Source: Lingula anatina (Eukaryota; Animalia; Brachiopoda). Taken from it: a stretch of 64,000 bases of DNA. Shown in pieces: positions 38,101 through 52,269 of the stretch. The notes under the pieces are model-generated. The model searched no databases. It was not told the origin of the DNA and worked only from the letters and a program-made list of their open reading frames with translations. Location: contig CM120641.1 of assembly GCA_051362555.1 (NCBI GenBank), forward strand, positions 6,696,001 to 6,760,000. The letters are read 5' to 3'. Every line of letters begins with the position of its first letter. Position 1 is the first letter of the stretch. A program made the translations under genes and the position numbers.

Positions 38101-41100
38101 TATCTTGGTCAATATCAGGAGACTCTCTTATGTTCCTTGTTAAATGTTTGCTCATCTTACACAATGCCAATGTTAAGATTTATATCTTTTTGGTAGGACT
38201 TTATCAAAGTAGCTTTTTAAGTGTCTGATAGCCATGTTAAAAGACAGACCAATTGAAAACAAATTATGAAAGTTTGGAAGCAGCAAAAGAATATGTTGAT
38301 ACCATCTATTGTAATTTTTAATGACTCATTCAACACAAATTAACATATCTTTGATTGGTCTTCTTAAGTTTCATTTATTTGAATAAATGCCGTCTTTTTT
38401 GTATCACCATTCACATCTCGGACTATGCGTTCCATCATCTTAATCACAGATTGTCTGCATTTGGTCGTAAAGTAAATTTATTTATTTATTTATTTGCTAT
38501 AATCGCATCACAAAGGTTGAAGTTTTACAATGTATCATGAATAAAATCATATAGTATTTAAAAGTAACTAAAATTATAAACTAAAAGACATGTAATATAT
38601 ATATAGTTGCTTAACGTAGTCTTAAAAATAAGACTTATAAGACAATTTGGAGCAGTATTTTACATGAAATTTAAAAGACTGTGCATTATAAAGGATGATT
38701 TAAAACGCTCCGTAAAGTAAAGTAAACACGTAAAGAATAAATCAGCAAGTAGGCCTACAGAAAATATTTTGTTGTCTGAATATAACGAGCATAATAACGA
38801 GGGAGATCCTGCATGCTTCAACTTTGCAGTTATACAGACACCATAAGGGCATGAGGATTATCTTAGGAAGAAAAGTAAAATTTCACTACTATATTGGGCT
38901 TCGACTTTCCGAAGAATGCTTATTTATAATGCCTAAAAAGGGGAATGAATCTTCTATCATTCTATTAATACTACGATAAGCAACTATTACATGTCATTTC
39001 AAGTCGGTTGCGTAATAGATCTTACCAAAACTTGGCCACATCATATTTCTATTCATTTTCATCAAGCTTTCTATCCATCACTTGATATGATTATACTTCT
39101 TTTTATTTTTAAAAATAATCCACGGGATATTAAATAATATGAGCTGCTTCTTAAACCCCAGCCTACGGCGCCTCTGCGTCACTGACCCATCCCCCTTCAG
39201 CAACCGACGCCCAAACGTGCGGAGGCAAATAGAAGCACGTGCACGGGCATGCAAATACGTGTACCTTTATGCATCATACCTAGCATTATCTATTATCAAG
39301 AATAAGGACAAAACATGCCGTCTGTGAGTTTCGCTTATTCTGCATAAGACGGAGGTAACGTCAGCATGTCACACGTTAGTTGTTAATTTAAAATTAGCCC
39401 CTGCGAGGACAGACAAAAGGAAACGCAGTGTTTGGTTTTAACCTGTCATCAGAGCCCACTTCAAATTACTGGTGTAGCTACCACCACTGTACAGAATACG
39501 GGATTAAAGTCTTGCTTTTGAACATTGTCGAACAGGACCATGGTGATTAAATTTCTTGGTTAATACAAATTAACCATGGAAAAAAATAATCATTTACCCA
39601 AGATACTACGGTCTGTTTTTCTCAAAAGTTAAGGTTTAACAACCAATTAGGCCTATCGATTTCCCAGTAGCTGTCTTGCCTGTCAAAACTTCATCAACTC
39701 GCGGCAAAACTTCGTCAGTTACATCACCTAAATTTCCTCAAACTACTTTCTGACCACTAGATGCCCAAGAAGTAGGGGGCCTACCAACTTCTTGGGGTGC
39801 GCTGGTAGTCTGTTACAAAAATTGTATGGCTCACACTGCAGTTTTTTTACTATTTCAGGAGCCCCTGATATACGAGGGTACCATCGAACAGGTTTGACCA
39901 AATGATGCCTTGGACGATAATAGGAATAATCTGTACGATATCTTACAAAACAGACCGATAGCCGTATATTCATCACTAATCTACATGCTAAATGCTGAAT
40001 GTCAAATTAGTGGTTTTGTTTTACAGTCTGAAATATTTTGTCTCGAAGCCGTCTGATTCATATCTCGATGCAGTTTAAACCTTCAGGTTTTATTTGATCA
40101 AATGTGGCCTCATCAGAAGACATCACCACTGAAATTACGCATACTGAAAATTGTTATCTTCAACGAACGGCTGCTATCTTGATCACTGGCTTGATAGCTC
40201 AATATTGAGTGTATTGTGTTTTAAGTAAAAACAATAGGTCTGTTTACTTGTGTAAGTGGCCGATACCTATCGGCATATCAAAACACGATAAGGTTCAGAG
40301 GCCCAGATGTTAGCTGGTGTAAGTTCTGCGAAGACATGTGTCCTCGATTTTCGTCAATAGCAGAAGAATTACCAAGTTATTTTTCTTTAATCAACAACTT
40401 GTAGTACCCCCAATATTTTGACTTCTATCTTAATATATAAGAATGAAGCTATCAGGGGGAATATAACCTTTAACCAGGAGATACACTGTATATTTGTCTC
40501 CCCTACCACCGCCTTAAGAAACGGTGGCCCCATCATTTCGGCCGAGACTGGACCTCTTTTCCAGCTACGCCTGAGAGCACGGCACAAAATCAAGAGCCTC
40601 CTAAACGGCCAAATACAGCCAGTCAATTTTGACACTGTCACTTGTTTCGTCGCAGATGATCTTTTCTATGCTAAAACCCGTAGTATCAATGGCATTATGC
40701 GTATTTATTTTACCCTTAATTTCTTTCCAGGAGCGTGGCGCTTTCTGACAGTGAGTAACGAAAGGCGATTCGAGAAATGTAAATTTGTCTTTTTCACCAG
40801 CGTGTTGTGAACTTCTTTTCTTTACATATCTATGATATCTATATTTTATTAGTCGATTTTTTCCCTTTGTTACTGCAAATGACAGACGTTTTTGCATTGG
40901 AGAGTTCGGCTGAGAGTTAAAAAAACGATATTACCAAGTACTATTATAGTAAATATGTGAAGCTGAACCGGAGATACAACCAAAGGTCTATGTAAAACCT
41001 CCTTGAACAAACTAACTTAACACGTGCTTAATTGATACCTTTCATCGAGGAAATTGTATAGAAAGGAACCATGTGGTAATATGTGCTTTGCATGAAAAAA

Positions 41101-44100
41101 CTTAACACAAATTAATACGATTAAAAGTCACCATAATTTTGATATCTTTATTAAAATATCGATTTACACACATATAAATGAAATATACTTTCAGGGCGTT
41201 TTTTGTTTTGCAGCCTGTACAGATGTTTTAGATAAACAGCCCACGTCTTAACATATAACAAGATGAAATAATGGTGGATTTGTAAAAATCATCTTGAAAG
41301 ATATAGATTATCAGTCATTGTACTTTGCTGAAAATAATCAATTTAAGTTAAAAACTTTAATATTAAGACAATATCCCATGCTACCTATTTAAAAAATAAA
41401 CAAAGTAAAAAACCCACAAAGAAAAAGGTAAGATAACAAAAGTTGTGGAAAAAAACATGCTTTGATTTTCTATGCAGAGAAAATAAAAAAAAAAACCTTC
41501 CATTACCTTTTTTATTTAATTTTATTTATTTATTTATTTTGTAATAATCTCTTAAAGTTTATTAGGGAGGTATAGCCATCTATGGATGACCGCGTGGTCT
41601 GATGACAGGCACAAATTACAGAATAGCGATAGCCGCTGTTTCGGTGGTGAAGTTATTATATTTCTATGAGCGTTTACAATATATTTATTGCGAAATATGG
41701 ATCTCATAGGAACAGCTGTTATCCCATTAAAACTCATTTTTAACACAAATTACCAATTTTAATAACGCCACTGCTAGGCTTTAAACTTTTTGTTCCGAGG
41801 TGTGATCTCTGGACTTCTTATAAGCCTGTGTAGTCTGCACATAAAGATTAGTGACACAAGAACTGCAATAACAGCGATAAGAAGGTATATCATCGAGTGC
41901 CGAAAATGCCTCTGCGTGTCTTTTGTGCGCTGGGCTCTTATGTTATCTTGCAGTTGAATTCGAAGTGTTTGAAGTTCGCTTACAAATGATTCGTGTGGCG
42001 CTTCTAGATAGGCACTGTAGATGTCGCCACGCGTTCTTCCTGTCGCTCTCTTTTTGCGGCCACTTTGTAATTGCCCGCCAATGCCCAAACAAAAATAATC
42101 ACCAGGGCTGTTGATACACACAGACCGACACAATTCCCGATTCAAACACTCATTTATATCTGTAAAAAGAAAATGATTTACTGTAAGTCTGAATCACGAA
42201 TCAACCGACGGTCAATGACAAATGGTAATAATACCATCTTTGAACAAGCAAATCAAAATGAATAATCATTAATTAATCAATGCAAAGTATGCAGCGTATT
42301 CAATATAAATCTGCATCTGTTTTCTCACTTTTTTACACCACTAAAATGTGAACCTGTCTCAATTAGAAATTCACACGCTTAATATTCTTAACAAAAACAT
42401 TTTTTCACGATTACGTACCAACGCATGTCTTGGAATCATTTGAGAGACGATATCCATCCGAACAACCACAGAAGAAGCTACCAATGGTATTAGTACACTG
42501 GTTTTGACACGGACTCTCCATGATACACTCATCCTTGTCTAGAATACAGAGTGAATAAATATCATACTGTAACCCCTGTGAGGTTGGCCGAGAAAGGAAC
42601 ATTACTACTTAAAAGTTTCGAAATAAACAGTTGATGCTCGTCAGGGAATATACAAAAGAGGCCACACTGTCACTTTTACATTTGTTTTAAAGGTTTGGAC
42701 TTATCTTTTTTTTAGTGGGATATATTCAGGATACATATATAGGCCTATTATATATTATATTATTTGTTATTGATATCCACGTGGCCCATCTGCATATATA
42801 TAATTTAAACAAGAGACCCAGGCACCACAACACAGCCCAGGCGAAAAAAACTAAGAGTCATTCCCTTTTTCAATCAAACTTTCTAGATTTCAGCAACGGG
42901 TGTTGTCAAAATGTGCGTTCCCAGAAGTGAAAAAAAAATTCACGCTATGTCAGGTCCACAAATACGTTTTTATACCGCCAAGACCTCTTATCTCATGTAA
43001 TATAAACATGAAGCTTAAAGCCACTTATTTTAAATGGTACAAGTGTGTATTTTTTATCTGTGTTTATTGTCTAAAATGTCGCTCATAACTCTTGTGAGAA
43101 TTCCCCCTTTAATGCTTTTGTTGTATGTTTTTTATGTTTACAAGAGACGAGATTTTAATGGATAATAACAATAATAATCATTGTTTACCAACTCCTTGAC
43201 ACAAAGGTCAGCGTACCTTGACACCTTGTTCCATTCACTGGGTATCTGCCATTGGGATCTTCACAGATACACAGCAACTGATTGTATTCGTTTAGCGCCA
43301 CACACGTGATTTCATATTCTGAAAAAGACAAGAACGGTTGACTGAAGCAATCGTGGGGGACTGTATAACTAATGCCAATCAAAAATTTAATTGAATACGA
43401 GAAAACCGAGTTGGAAGCTACCAAGCGTGTCACACGATCATGTCAATTTTTTCAATATTTTTGCATTGCGACAGACTTTATTAAAATTCCAATGCAACAG
43501 CTCTGTGTTGAGAATGAATTAAGGCAAATCACACTTACCACAGGAAGTTGTGTCGTTTTCCCCGGCCACCAGTTGATAGCCCAGACTACACGCACAGTAA
43601 TGGCCGGCGTACGTATTTACACACAGGTCTTCGCAACCGCCATTGTTAGTAGCACAGGGGTTCTCATTGCAGTAACAACTGTCTGTATTTTTGGTTCAAA
43701 TCTCTATTCAAAAATAAAATGTTTTTAAGAAACAAAATACACCAAAAGATGTAATACATTATACGATGTGTAAAATTTCTGAAATCATATAAGTTAAGCA
43801 AACACGCATTAAAATTTGCAGGCCTTTTTCTCAGGTTGAGAGCATGTCGAAAACTATTACAAGACTCCATATGCCGCTTCCACTTTAGAGACGGAGAACA
43901 TGTCGCCATCAACTCCATCCATAAAAAGCTCCATCATACCTAAGAGGTACGCGTGAGTATTTTATGTGAAAACAAACATTAGCACAACTTAAAGCGTACG
44001 ATATCGTACGTACGATAGTGTATTGACATAGCAGCGTATGAAATTGTTTTTGAATATGTTCAAAACATTTGGCCCCTCTCCGGATATGAGAACGAACACC

Positions 44101-44569
44101 AACGTTTGTTAAATTTGCCTGCGTACTCGAGTCGTCTACAACATAAGTGACGTTATGCGATAATAGAAAACGGGCGAGAACAAGCGTGAGCTGGGGTTAA
44201 CTTTTAAGTGACAGTTTTTTTTAGTGCCGGGCAAGTCATCTCAGAAATGTACAAAAATGACACGCAAATAAAGTGAATTAGACAGAATACAAACAGAAAA
44301 TTATCTGTGGATAAATTCTGCCAGCTTTTATTCCTTGCCTCACCGCAATCTCTAGTCTCAAATTATTTCTGACTCTCGCTCGATTGAACGTAAAGTCGGA
44401 AGACTTTTGGCTTTATCAGAAGATTTGCATTAACTTTGACATTTATATTCAAATTTAGTAGCCATAAATACCTCTTGTCAAATTGTGAAGCAAGCCAGTG
44501 AAGTCGTGTTCATGATCAAATGTTTCATTTCTCTCAGATCCGTCATGGTGGTGATGATGGTCGTGAGGG

Positions 44570-44875
44570 CTGGGACGAGAATGTGGGTGTCCATGAGGGC
44601 TGGGGTGAGAATGTGGGTGTCTATGGGGGCTGGGATGAGAATGTGGGTGTCTATGGGGGCTGGGGTGAGAATGTGGGTGTCTATGGGGGCTGGGACGAGA
44701 ATGTGGGTGTCCACGGGGACTGGGGCGAGAATGTGGGTGTCTATGGGGTCTGGGACGAGAATGTGGGTGTCCAAGGGGGCTGGGGCGAGAGCGTGGGTGT
44801 CCATGGGGTCTGGGGCTAGGACGTGGCTGTTCCCGGGGATTGGAAGAAGGGTGGGGTTGTCCATGGGGGCTAGGT
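44570..44875 (-). repeat. 30-bp coding tandem repeat (HS[RH]PSPH[GR]HP)
   Basis: Unit gagaatgtgggtgtc(t/c)atgggggctggg(g/a)(t/c), repeated about 8 times. Confidence 0.9.
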
Positions 44876-45383
44876 GACGGAGGGGAAGGGCTATGGGGAC
44901 TGGGAGAAGTGCGTGTGTGTTTGTGGGGGCTACGGGGAGAAGAAGGAGGTTGGTGGGAGCTAGGAGAAGGGGGAGAAGGAGGAGGGAGGAACCAGAAGCA
45001 GCGATGGTAAAGGAACTGTAGGGCCGTGACGTCGAACTTCGACCTGCTTGTTTCCTAGCCTTCCATAACCACTGCCCTGCAAAAGTAGCGAAAAAAATAT
45101 ATCGTAATAGACAGCATACGTAATACTGGAAAAGAAAAGAAATACTCTTAATCTTTTCGAAGCATGTTCTTTTTGAACAGCTTTATTGTATGACACATTT
45201 GTGTTCACTTTCAAAATTGAAATTTCAGGGAAGATAATTATAATATGCAACATTCCTCATTTCCTCCAGGTCTTCTTGCATTCACAAGTTTAATCTAAAC
45301 GCTACACTTTAATCCTTTTCAAAATTCATACTGCATTCATTTTAAAATTAAGGGTCACACAATTTAACACAGTGCCCCATAAC

Positions 45384-46050
45384 CACCCTGAGCTTCAGAG
45401 ATAACTTGCCACTAACCTCTTCACTATAGCCTATCTTCATCGTGTCAAGTTACCTCTGACCACATTCGATAGCCCCCGCCGCCCGCCAATCAAATTTAAA
45501 GCCCGCCCTCAATGACTCATTGAACGATCTAGCCAATGAACGCGAACGAGTCAAAGCGCGCTTTGTTCAAATCCGGACCAATCAAAGATAAGGCTGAATA
45601 TCAGGGACTTGCCGTAACCTGTGGGCAGCACGCAAAATACATCATCCCTCAGTAGATAATGATGCAGGGCCTCAAACTGATCTGGTTTCAATTCCGATAT
45701 ACTCATATTTTGCAAAGAATCAAGAGATAACTTAACACACTTATTTACGTAGTCACTCGTAGGAGACGCCATGCTTTCTTTGTGTACGGTTATGCACTCG
45801 GAACTACTCGGATGTCTCCGCACTCGACAATAACTTTGTTGTTAGTGGAGCTTGCGGAATCAGCCGAGGATTGCCGATTGACGGTCAACCAATCAGCGTT
45901 TTCACCAAACTTTGGTGAAAAATTTTGAAACATGGATTCGATTGGCTTATATAAACTAGGTCAAACTATTTTCGTCAGAGGTAACTTGACACGATGAAGA
46001 TAGGCTATAGTGAAGAGGTTAGTGGCAAGTTATCTATGAAGCTCAGGGTG
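45384..46050. mobile_element. 667-bp non-autonomous DNA transposon with 77-bp TIRs, 8-bp TSD and a RecQ-like helicase fragment
   Basis: TIRs 45384-45460 and 45974-46050 (one mismatch seen); TSD cccataac at 45376-45383 and 46051-46058; internal minus-strand ORF ELKPDQFEAL...DVFCVLPTGYGKSLIF (RecQ motif 0 and Walker A). Confidence 0.9.
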
Positions 46051-46979
46051 CCCATAACGGGCCACGGAGAGAAATTTTATTAGATATCCAAAAATAATTT
46101 TTTTCTACTTAATTCTGTCTACATATCTGTATCGCAGGAGAGACATTTTGTACAATAAATTCAAATGACGCTCCTTCACAGCTGGCTTCTTTTAAGTAGA
46201 GAGTAGCGAGTAATGGTAACAAATTTCGCTCAGCGTAACAAGCATGGAAAATCGACCTAAAAATGGTTCGAAAACGGTGATTTGACTGAATGAAAGAGTC
46301 CAGATTTACATCGACCGTGGAGAAAACGATATCAAAGGGTATCAAAATGCAAGATAAGTGCATCTAATAGGTTGCTTAGTTAATATCACCTTTAATTATT
46401 ATCTTTAAACATATTGTTGGTCTTCTTTTTATTGATATAGTGTGTATACATATAAACCTACCATTGTTCTTGCCCACTATCAATAGAGTTATTCCTAACA
46501 TTAGCCATGGTGCACTTTGCAATCGCATCTGGAATTATGAACATTAAACATAAACGTAATGGTTGCTTTGCTTATATCTCTGTTCGACCTTCCAAAACGG
46601 GAATGATAATAAACATTAAGTGAATCGTAAATTCTCACGCTATCATGCACACTTTCCAAGATTCTAAAAATTGCTTGGATAAGTAATATTTGCATTTTTT
46701 CGGCAGTGTTGATTTTATTATTCCAAATGGAACATAGGTTTATTACAAATTTGTCCAGACTAATTTGCTTAGAGAACATGACAATGTGTTTTTTTTCTGT
46801 TGAACATTGGATAACGTTAATTTGATTCATAAAGCCACACTACCTTTGATGGCCACTGGCTAATCCTATGAGTCGCGTCCGTAACTTGCTCAAGGAAAAG
46901 ACGTAGGAGTTCCGTTTGAGTTTCCGTCAGGTGAGTCAGGTGGAGCAAAGTTACCTCCAAATTTTAAATAGGCGTAGGT

Positions 46980-46986
46980 ATTTATA
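46980..46986 (-). promoter_or_regulatory. TATA box (TATAAAT) of paralog A
   Basis: Lies upstream of a putative non-coding exon with donor AAAG|GT at 46844/46843. The same arrangement is seen in B and C, with AG|ATG at the coding start. Confidence 0.5.
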
Positions 46987-48616
46987 ACACAAAAGGATGT
47001 CACATGATAAATTGATTACAGTAAATTACACTGGAGCCAGCGGGGAGATAAGTTTCTGTCCTAAGTTACAGTCCTTGGTTGCATCACTGATCGGTGAGGA
47101 AAATATAATTAAAGGATTGACTTCTGGGCATCCTCTATCACTCTATCTGCTTCTTTCAACATTGATATTAGGGCCTACATATAAAGACCCTTGCACCCTT
47201 GGTGTGGGGTTCAGTGTTTTGGAGGGCAAACGGTGCCATTTGGTGCAGCTTAGGACTATGATTCAGCTCTTCAAAATTCTAATTTCAAGAGGAGATATTG
47301 GTGTGATTTTTTTCCAGAAACCGAAGGGGGCCAGGACCCACCCACTCTAAATCCGTCACTGTTTATGAAATATCATAGGAGAATAGTGCACTAAAACTTT
47401 GATAAAAGTTGGTTAATTTTCACTATACATTCACAGATATGTCTATTGCTCATTCTATACAATTTTTCTCTGCTTTCCAGCAAGAATTTTTTCATGGAAT
47501 TAATTTCATCATTCCGCTGGCCTCGAGCATAGCGTGCCCTTTATCTGCGCTGCGCCTCTTTGGGAGTAGATAAAATGCAGTCCTTTCTGAAACTATTTTA
47601 AGAAAACTGTGTATATTATGTTAAAAGAAACCAATTGATAAGTATGTGATTAATGACAGTGTACATAAATACTTAAAATAAAATGTCAATCTTTGTCCTT
47701 GCCCTTATTCATTTATTTATTTATTTATCTATCTATTATTTAGATTTTATTTTGTTTTATTTATTTTTTTGTTTGTTGGGTTTTTTCGTCGATATTTATC
47801 AGAAAGATTTTAATCGCATTATAAACGCTGTTTCCTCACTTTGACAATGTCGATACTATCAAATTGAATGTCTTGTTCAGCAGCTGTTTGCAATCTTTAT
47901 AATCAACAATAATGCATTTATAAAAGATGCGTTGTTTTCTAGAAACTGAGAGGTCTGATGAGCAGCTTAGTTAGCCGGTACATGTCCACATGATAAAGCA
48001 AAAGAGCCCGCTTTAAGAAAGTTTCGGCTGTTAAAACTAAGAATACGTTTCGTGTCACAAAGGCCGCATGCCTCTTTTACTTATATTGATATTGATATTC
48101 GGCTATTCACTGTGAAGTCGATTCTGTCGATGAGCTTACTTTTCAAAATAAAATAAAAAAAATTAATGCATCAGTTAAAATGTTTATTAAAACGTGCATC
48201 ATAGGCAAGGCGTGTTCATAAAATGTGATGAACCATGCCATGCCGAAAGGAAAAACATGTAATGTGTAGATGATGAAAATGGTCGGATATTATAATGAAT
48301 GATAATCAGAAGCAGTGCATTAATAATACTAAAAGCGTGCCCTAATAATCAGCACGCTAATACAAAAGCAATACAATGGTTGAAAACGTATAACGCACGG
48401 ATTATTCTTTTAAAACAAATCCTCAATTTCAATACAGCCAATTTTTCGTTTTACGGACCTCAAAAAATGAAGAGAGATAAAAACCTACACAGAAAAAATG
48501 TAAGACAAAAAAATGTTTAAAAAAAGGAAAAAGTTTCTTCTTTATACTTATTAAATGAAAAAGTTCGAAAATCGTTCCCAAAGCTTACCACAGCCGAACT
48601 AGCAGGCTGTATAACC

Positions 48617-51411
48617 TCAAAGCTTATTTTTTAATGACAAATTGGCAAATGTAACAACGTCACTACTGTGTTCAAAACTTTCCGTTCCTAAGTTCGATCT
48701 CTGGAGTTCTTTTTCAAGCCTGTTTAGTCTACAAAAAAGGATCAGTACCATAAGAACTGCAATATCAACGACAAGAAAGTACGCCACGGACTGCCAAAAA
48801 TGTTCTTCTCTGTTCTTTTTCTGTTCAGCTTTCATGTTTTCTTGCAGTTGGATTCGAAGCTGTTGAAGTTGGATTTCCATGGATCCCTGTTGCTCTCCAA
48901 GAAAGTCACCATAGATGTCGCCACTTTCAATGCCCGCCGCTCGCTTCTTGCGACCGTTCTGTAAATTTCCACCGATGCCCAGGCAGAAAAAAGAACCTGG
49001 AGTGTTGATACAAATGGGTGAACAACTTCCCGGCAACAGACACTCGTTTATATCTGCGAAGAGAAAAAAGTAACCTCATACATGAAATCAAAATGGAGGG
49101 GACGGAACGTAAGATCAAAAGCTTTCAAGAAGAAACGTGCTTCACTCCGAATTTAAATCTCTTTGAAATGTTGAAATGCTGCAGAACTAAATTAATAACA
49201 GTACGAATAAAATCATTTTGTTACCCTCTTTACATACAATTTTAAGTCTAATGAGAAACTTGCTTCAATTTTAATATAAATCTACCCTAAAATGTAAAAA
49301 CAAAAAAGAGCTAAGTAGGCCTATAACTACAGATAACTGTATGGATAAATTCATTTTATTGCTCGATGTCTCCCTTACCAATGCATGTCTTGGAATCATT
49401 TGAGAGACGATATCCATCCGAACAACCACAGAAGAAGCTACCAATGGTATTAGTACACTGGTCTTGACACGGACTCTCCATGATACACTCATCCTTGTCT
49501 TGAATACAGAAAAGTGAAATAAAAGCGATATCTGAATATATTGGAATAAACCAGACGGCAGGATATAGAGCAAATGGATAATTTGTTTACATTTTTTCAG
49601 AAAAGATTTGTTAATTTTTTTTTTTTTTTTTTTTTTTGGGGGGGGGGGCAGATTGAATAAAAAAACTGCATTTTGACGGCGGATTGTGGCTTAAAACTTT
49701 TTATTGTGCCATAATTACAAAGCACAGTAGGTAACCATCACATTCGCTTTCATTACAACCTCATGATCCTTTATATAGGAATGCAGCATATATCATGCAG
49801 TTGATATAATCTAATCAGAATAATGGCCAAAACGAAGGTATTTTCTTTACACGTAGAAATAAAAAATAAATAAATAAAAAATAATAAAAAAAATTTTGCA
49901 CTGAAAGGTATGATGAAAAGGGTTCCGTGATAAAAGACATTACGGGATTATTGTTGTACATGGTCATTTATCTGAAGTAAACCGATGAATATCGAACAAT
50001 TAACTACTTACTTTTAAGTCCACAGTGCTAAAAATTCAAAACCAGCGTTTGATTGCAGAATTTGATTAAAGCCTTTGACTCTATGATTAGCGTACCTTGA
50101 CACCTTGTTCCATTCACTGGGTATCTCCCATTGGGATCTTCACAGATACACAGCAATTGATTGTATTCGTTTAGCGCCACACACGTGATTTCATATTCTG
50201 AAGAAACAAAGAACGGTATTTACGGGTGACAAAATTACAAATACAGGTTGAACAATTGATCACTAATTAACAAAATACATGTCTCTGGTAATTATCTTGA
50301 TATTCGTGAGGTGAGTGGTTATTAGATTATTATTGTAGAATATATAACTAAAAATACTAAATAAGTGCAAATCACACTTACTACATGAAGTTGTGTCGTT
50401 TTCCCCGGCCACCAGTTGATAGCCCAGACTACACGCACAGTAATGGCCGCCGTACGTATTTACACACAGGTCTTCGCAGCCGCCATTGTTAATAGAACAG
50501 GGGTTCTCGTTGCAGTAACAACTGTCTGTATTGTTGGTCCAAAACTCTAAAGAAAAGTTAAGACCTGCGCCAAATTTCAGTTATATTTCGGAATGCATTA
50601 ATGGAGATAGGTTCGCAAACACACATACCGCACATTGAAATATCTACAGATAAACTAAAATTACAGACCAATCAAATGATCATTAGATTAAAACGTTTTG
50701 AATAACATACCTCTTGCCATATTAAGAAGCAAGCCATGCATATGTTCAAATGTTTCATTTCTGCCAGATCCGCCATGGTGGTGATGGGGGCTGGGACGAG
50801 TACGTGGGTGCCCGTGGGGGCTGGGACGAGTACGTGGGTGCCCGTGGGGGCTGGGACGAGTACGTGGGTGTCCGCGAGGGCTGAGACGAGGATGTGAGCG
50901 TCCGTGAGGGCTAGTGGGAGGGGTAGGACTCCGAAGATGCTTTGTTTTCTTCAATCTCAATGCTGAAAAAACTATGTCAGTGAATACATTGCACGACGAT
51001 GCATATTATCATCCGAAAAGATAAGTCAAAACCTCCAGTTAATTGGTTAGAAACGTTATTTTGACTATCGAATGCACTGCTTAAGGCCTACTTGCATACA
51101 CAAGCAACTGTATTGAGATAAATAATTATATTAAAAAATAATCGTTCTCTGCTTGGACATACACGGTAATAACGAACATTATTATAAAGGTGCTTTTATG
51201 TCCAAGTTCTCAGCTGCCATTCTTTTCTTCCAACCCCTCAAGTCATATATATAATTCTTCCACTTGAATCCATTTAAAAGTTTCAATTTCCCTATTAACC
51301 CAAGATATATTACTGAACAAATATAAACATATATATAAACCTACCTTCATTCGAATTCAGCGCCGTTACAATCAACGTAAGCAGGAGCCATATCATAGAT
51401 TCTAGTTGCAT
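48617..51411 (-). CDS. His/Pro-repeat EGF-TM paralog B (~380 aa): signal - (TRPSPHGHPR)n/poly-His - EGF cassette - RKKR - coiled coil - TM
   Basis: Exons 51411-51345, 50962-50711, 50546-50382, 50197-50096, 49498-49379 and 49053-48617 total 1143 nt, all phase 1, no stops. Confidence 0.87.
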
Positions 51412-51652
51412 CTGAAATTATATAATTGAACGTAAATGTCGTTACGCACCTTTCGCAGTCCAAAGATACATTTATGCAGCTATCCTCAAAAGCCGCTTTA
51501 TGACAAAAATGTTTTCTTTTTATGTCGGTTTTTTCGGTGTAAAAGAAGAGAAAGAAATTTACCTTCTTTCAAAATTGAATGGTATCCGCCTCTCAGCTTC
51601 ACGGAACGCTTTTGGACTACTGGTCGTCGTTCACGGACTGTCAAGTGAGAGC

Positions 51653-51659
51653 ATTTATA
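51653..51659 (-). promoter_or_regulatory. TATA box (TATAAAT) of paralog B
   Basis: Upstream of putative non-coding exon donor GAAG|GTAAAT near 51562. Confidence 0.45.
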
Positions 51660-52269
51660 CTATCCAAGCACTGGACAACGGTCCAATCACAGGCAAATCA
51701 CGGCCCAATCATCCAATCAAGTTCATGGAAGAAGTGGCGGGTCTTTTTAAGTTCTTGTCACGTTTACAGAAGACACGTGATCAGGCCTGGACCGTTTTAT
51801 AGGGAGCTTGTAACTGACTTTTCCCGCTCCGAACAATAGGATAATTGCACTTGTATTCTTCGCTTGGAACACATTTATTTTTACTTTTTTTAATTTGGGA
51901 CAGCACAAACTGTCAACCTGAAGATGATAAGAATACTCTGTCAAATTGATAACATTTTGCATAAGTTTTCAAGACATCTTTGTAAGTTTATCTCTGCCCG
52001 TCAAGATACGGCGTCACGCAGTTTTGATTGCTTGGTTTAACACAAGCAAAATGTAAGTATGTACTCCCGTACTTTGGGGAAATCTTATTCAAATGTTGCT
52101 CCTCAAACCCATAAAATAAGTTCACGTGCTGACTACGCTCAGATTTAACATGAGACCATAGATGTTGCAAAGTCAGTCATCATTGGTTTATTTGATTGGT
52201 TTGTTGTTTACAGCTGAAAATAAATCTGTCATTTTCCGGGCGTATGCTAAAATAGTTTCGGTGAAATCC

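Larger units (their letters stand above)
41774..46528 (-). pseudogene. His/Pro-repeat EGF-TM paralog A, apparently disrupted (1-nt frameshift plus in-frame TGA); could be functional if the indel is an assembly error and an alternative acceptor is used
   Basis: Exons 46528-46462 (signal MRLQSAPWLMLGITLLIVG), 45076-44472, 43703-43539, 43318-43217, 42538-42419 and 42159-41774 match paralogs B and C. Exon 2 is 605 nt, one C short at 44984-44986. TGG>TGA at 43698-43696. Confidence 0.7.

Noticed and set aside
43696-43698. In-frame TGA as selenocysteine or readthrough
   Set aside because: Aligns to Trp (TGG) in the paralogs; no SECIS evidence.
44570-44875. Regular 30-bp repeats as a possible CRISPR array
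   Set aside because: No unique spacers, coding minisatellite, eukaryotic context.
44485-44877. Plus-strand MWVSMGAG and GWDENVGV repeat ORFs (also at 58660-59052)
   Set aside because: Antisense frames of the 30-bp His-Pro coding repeat.
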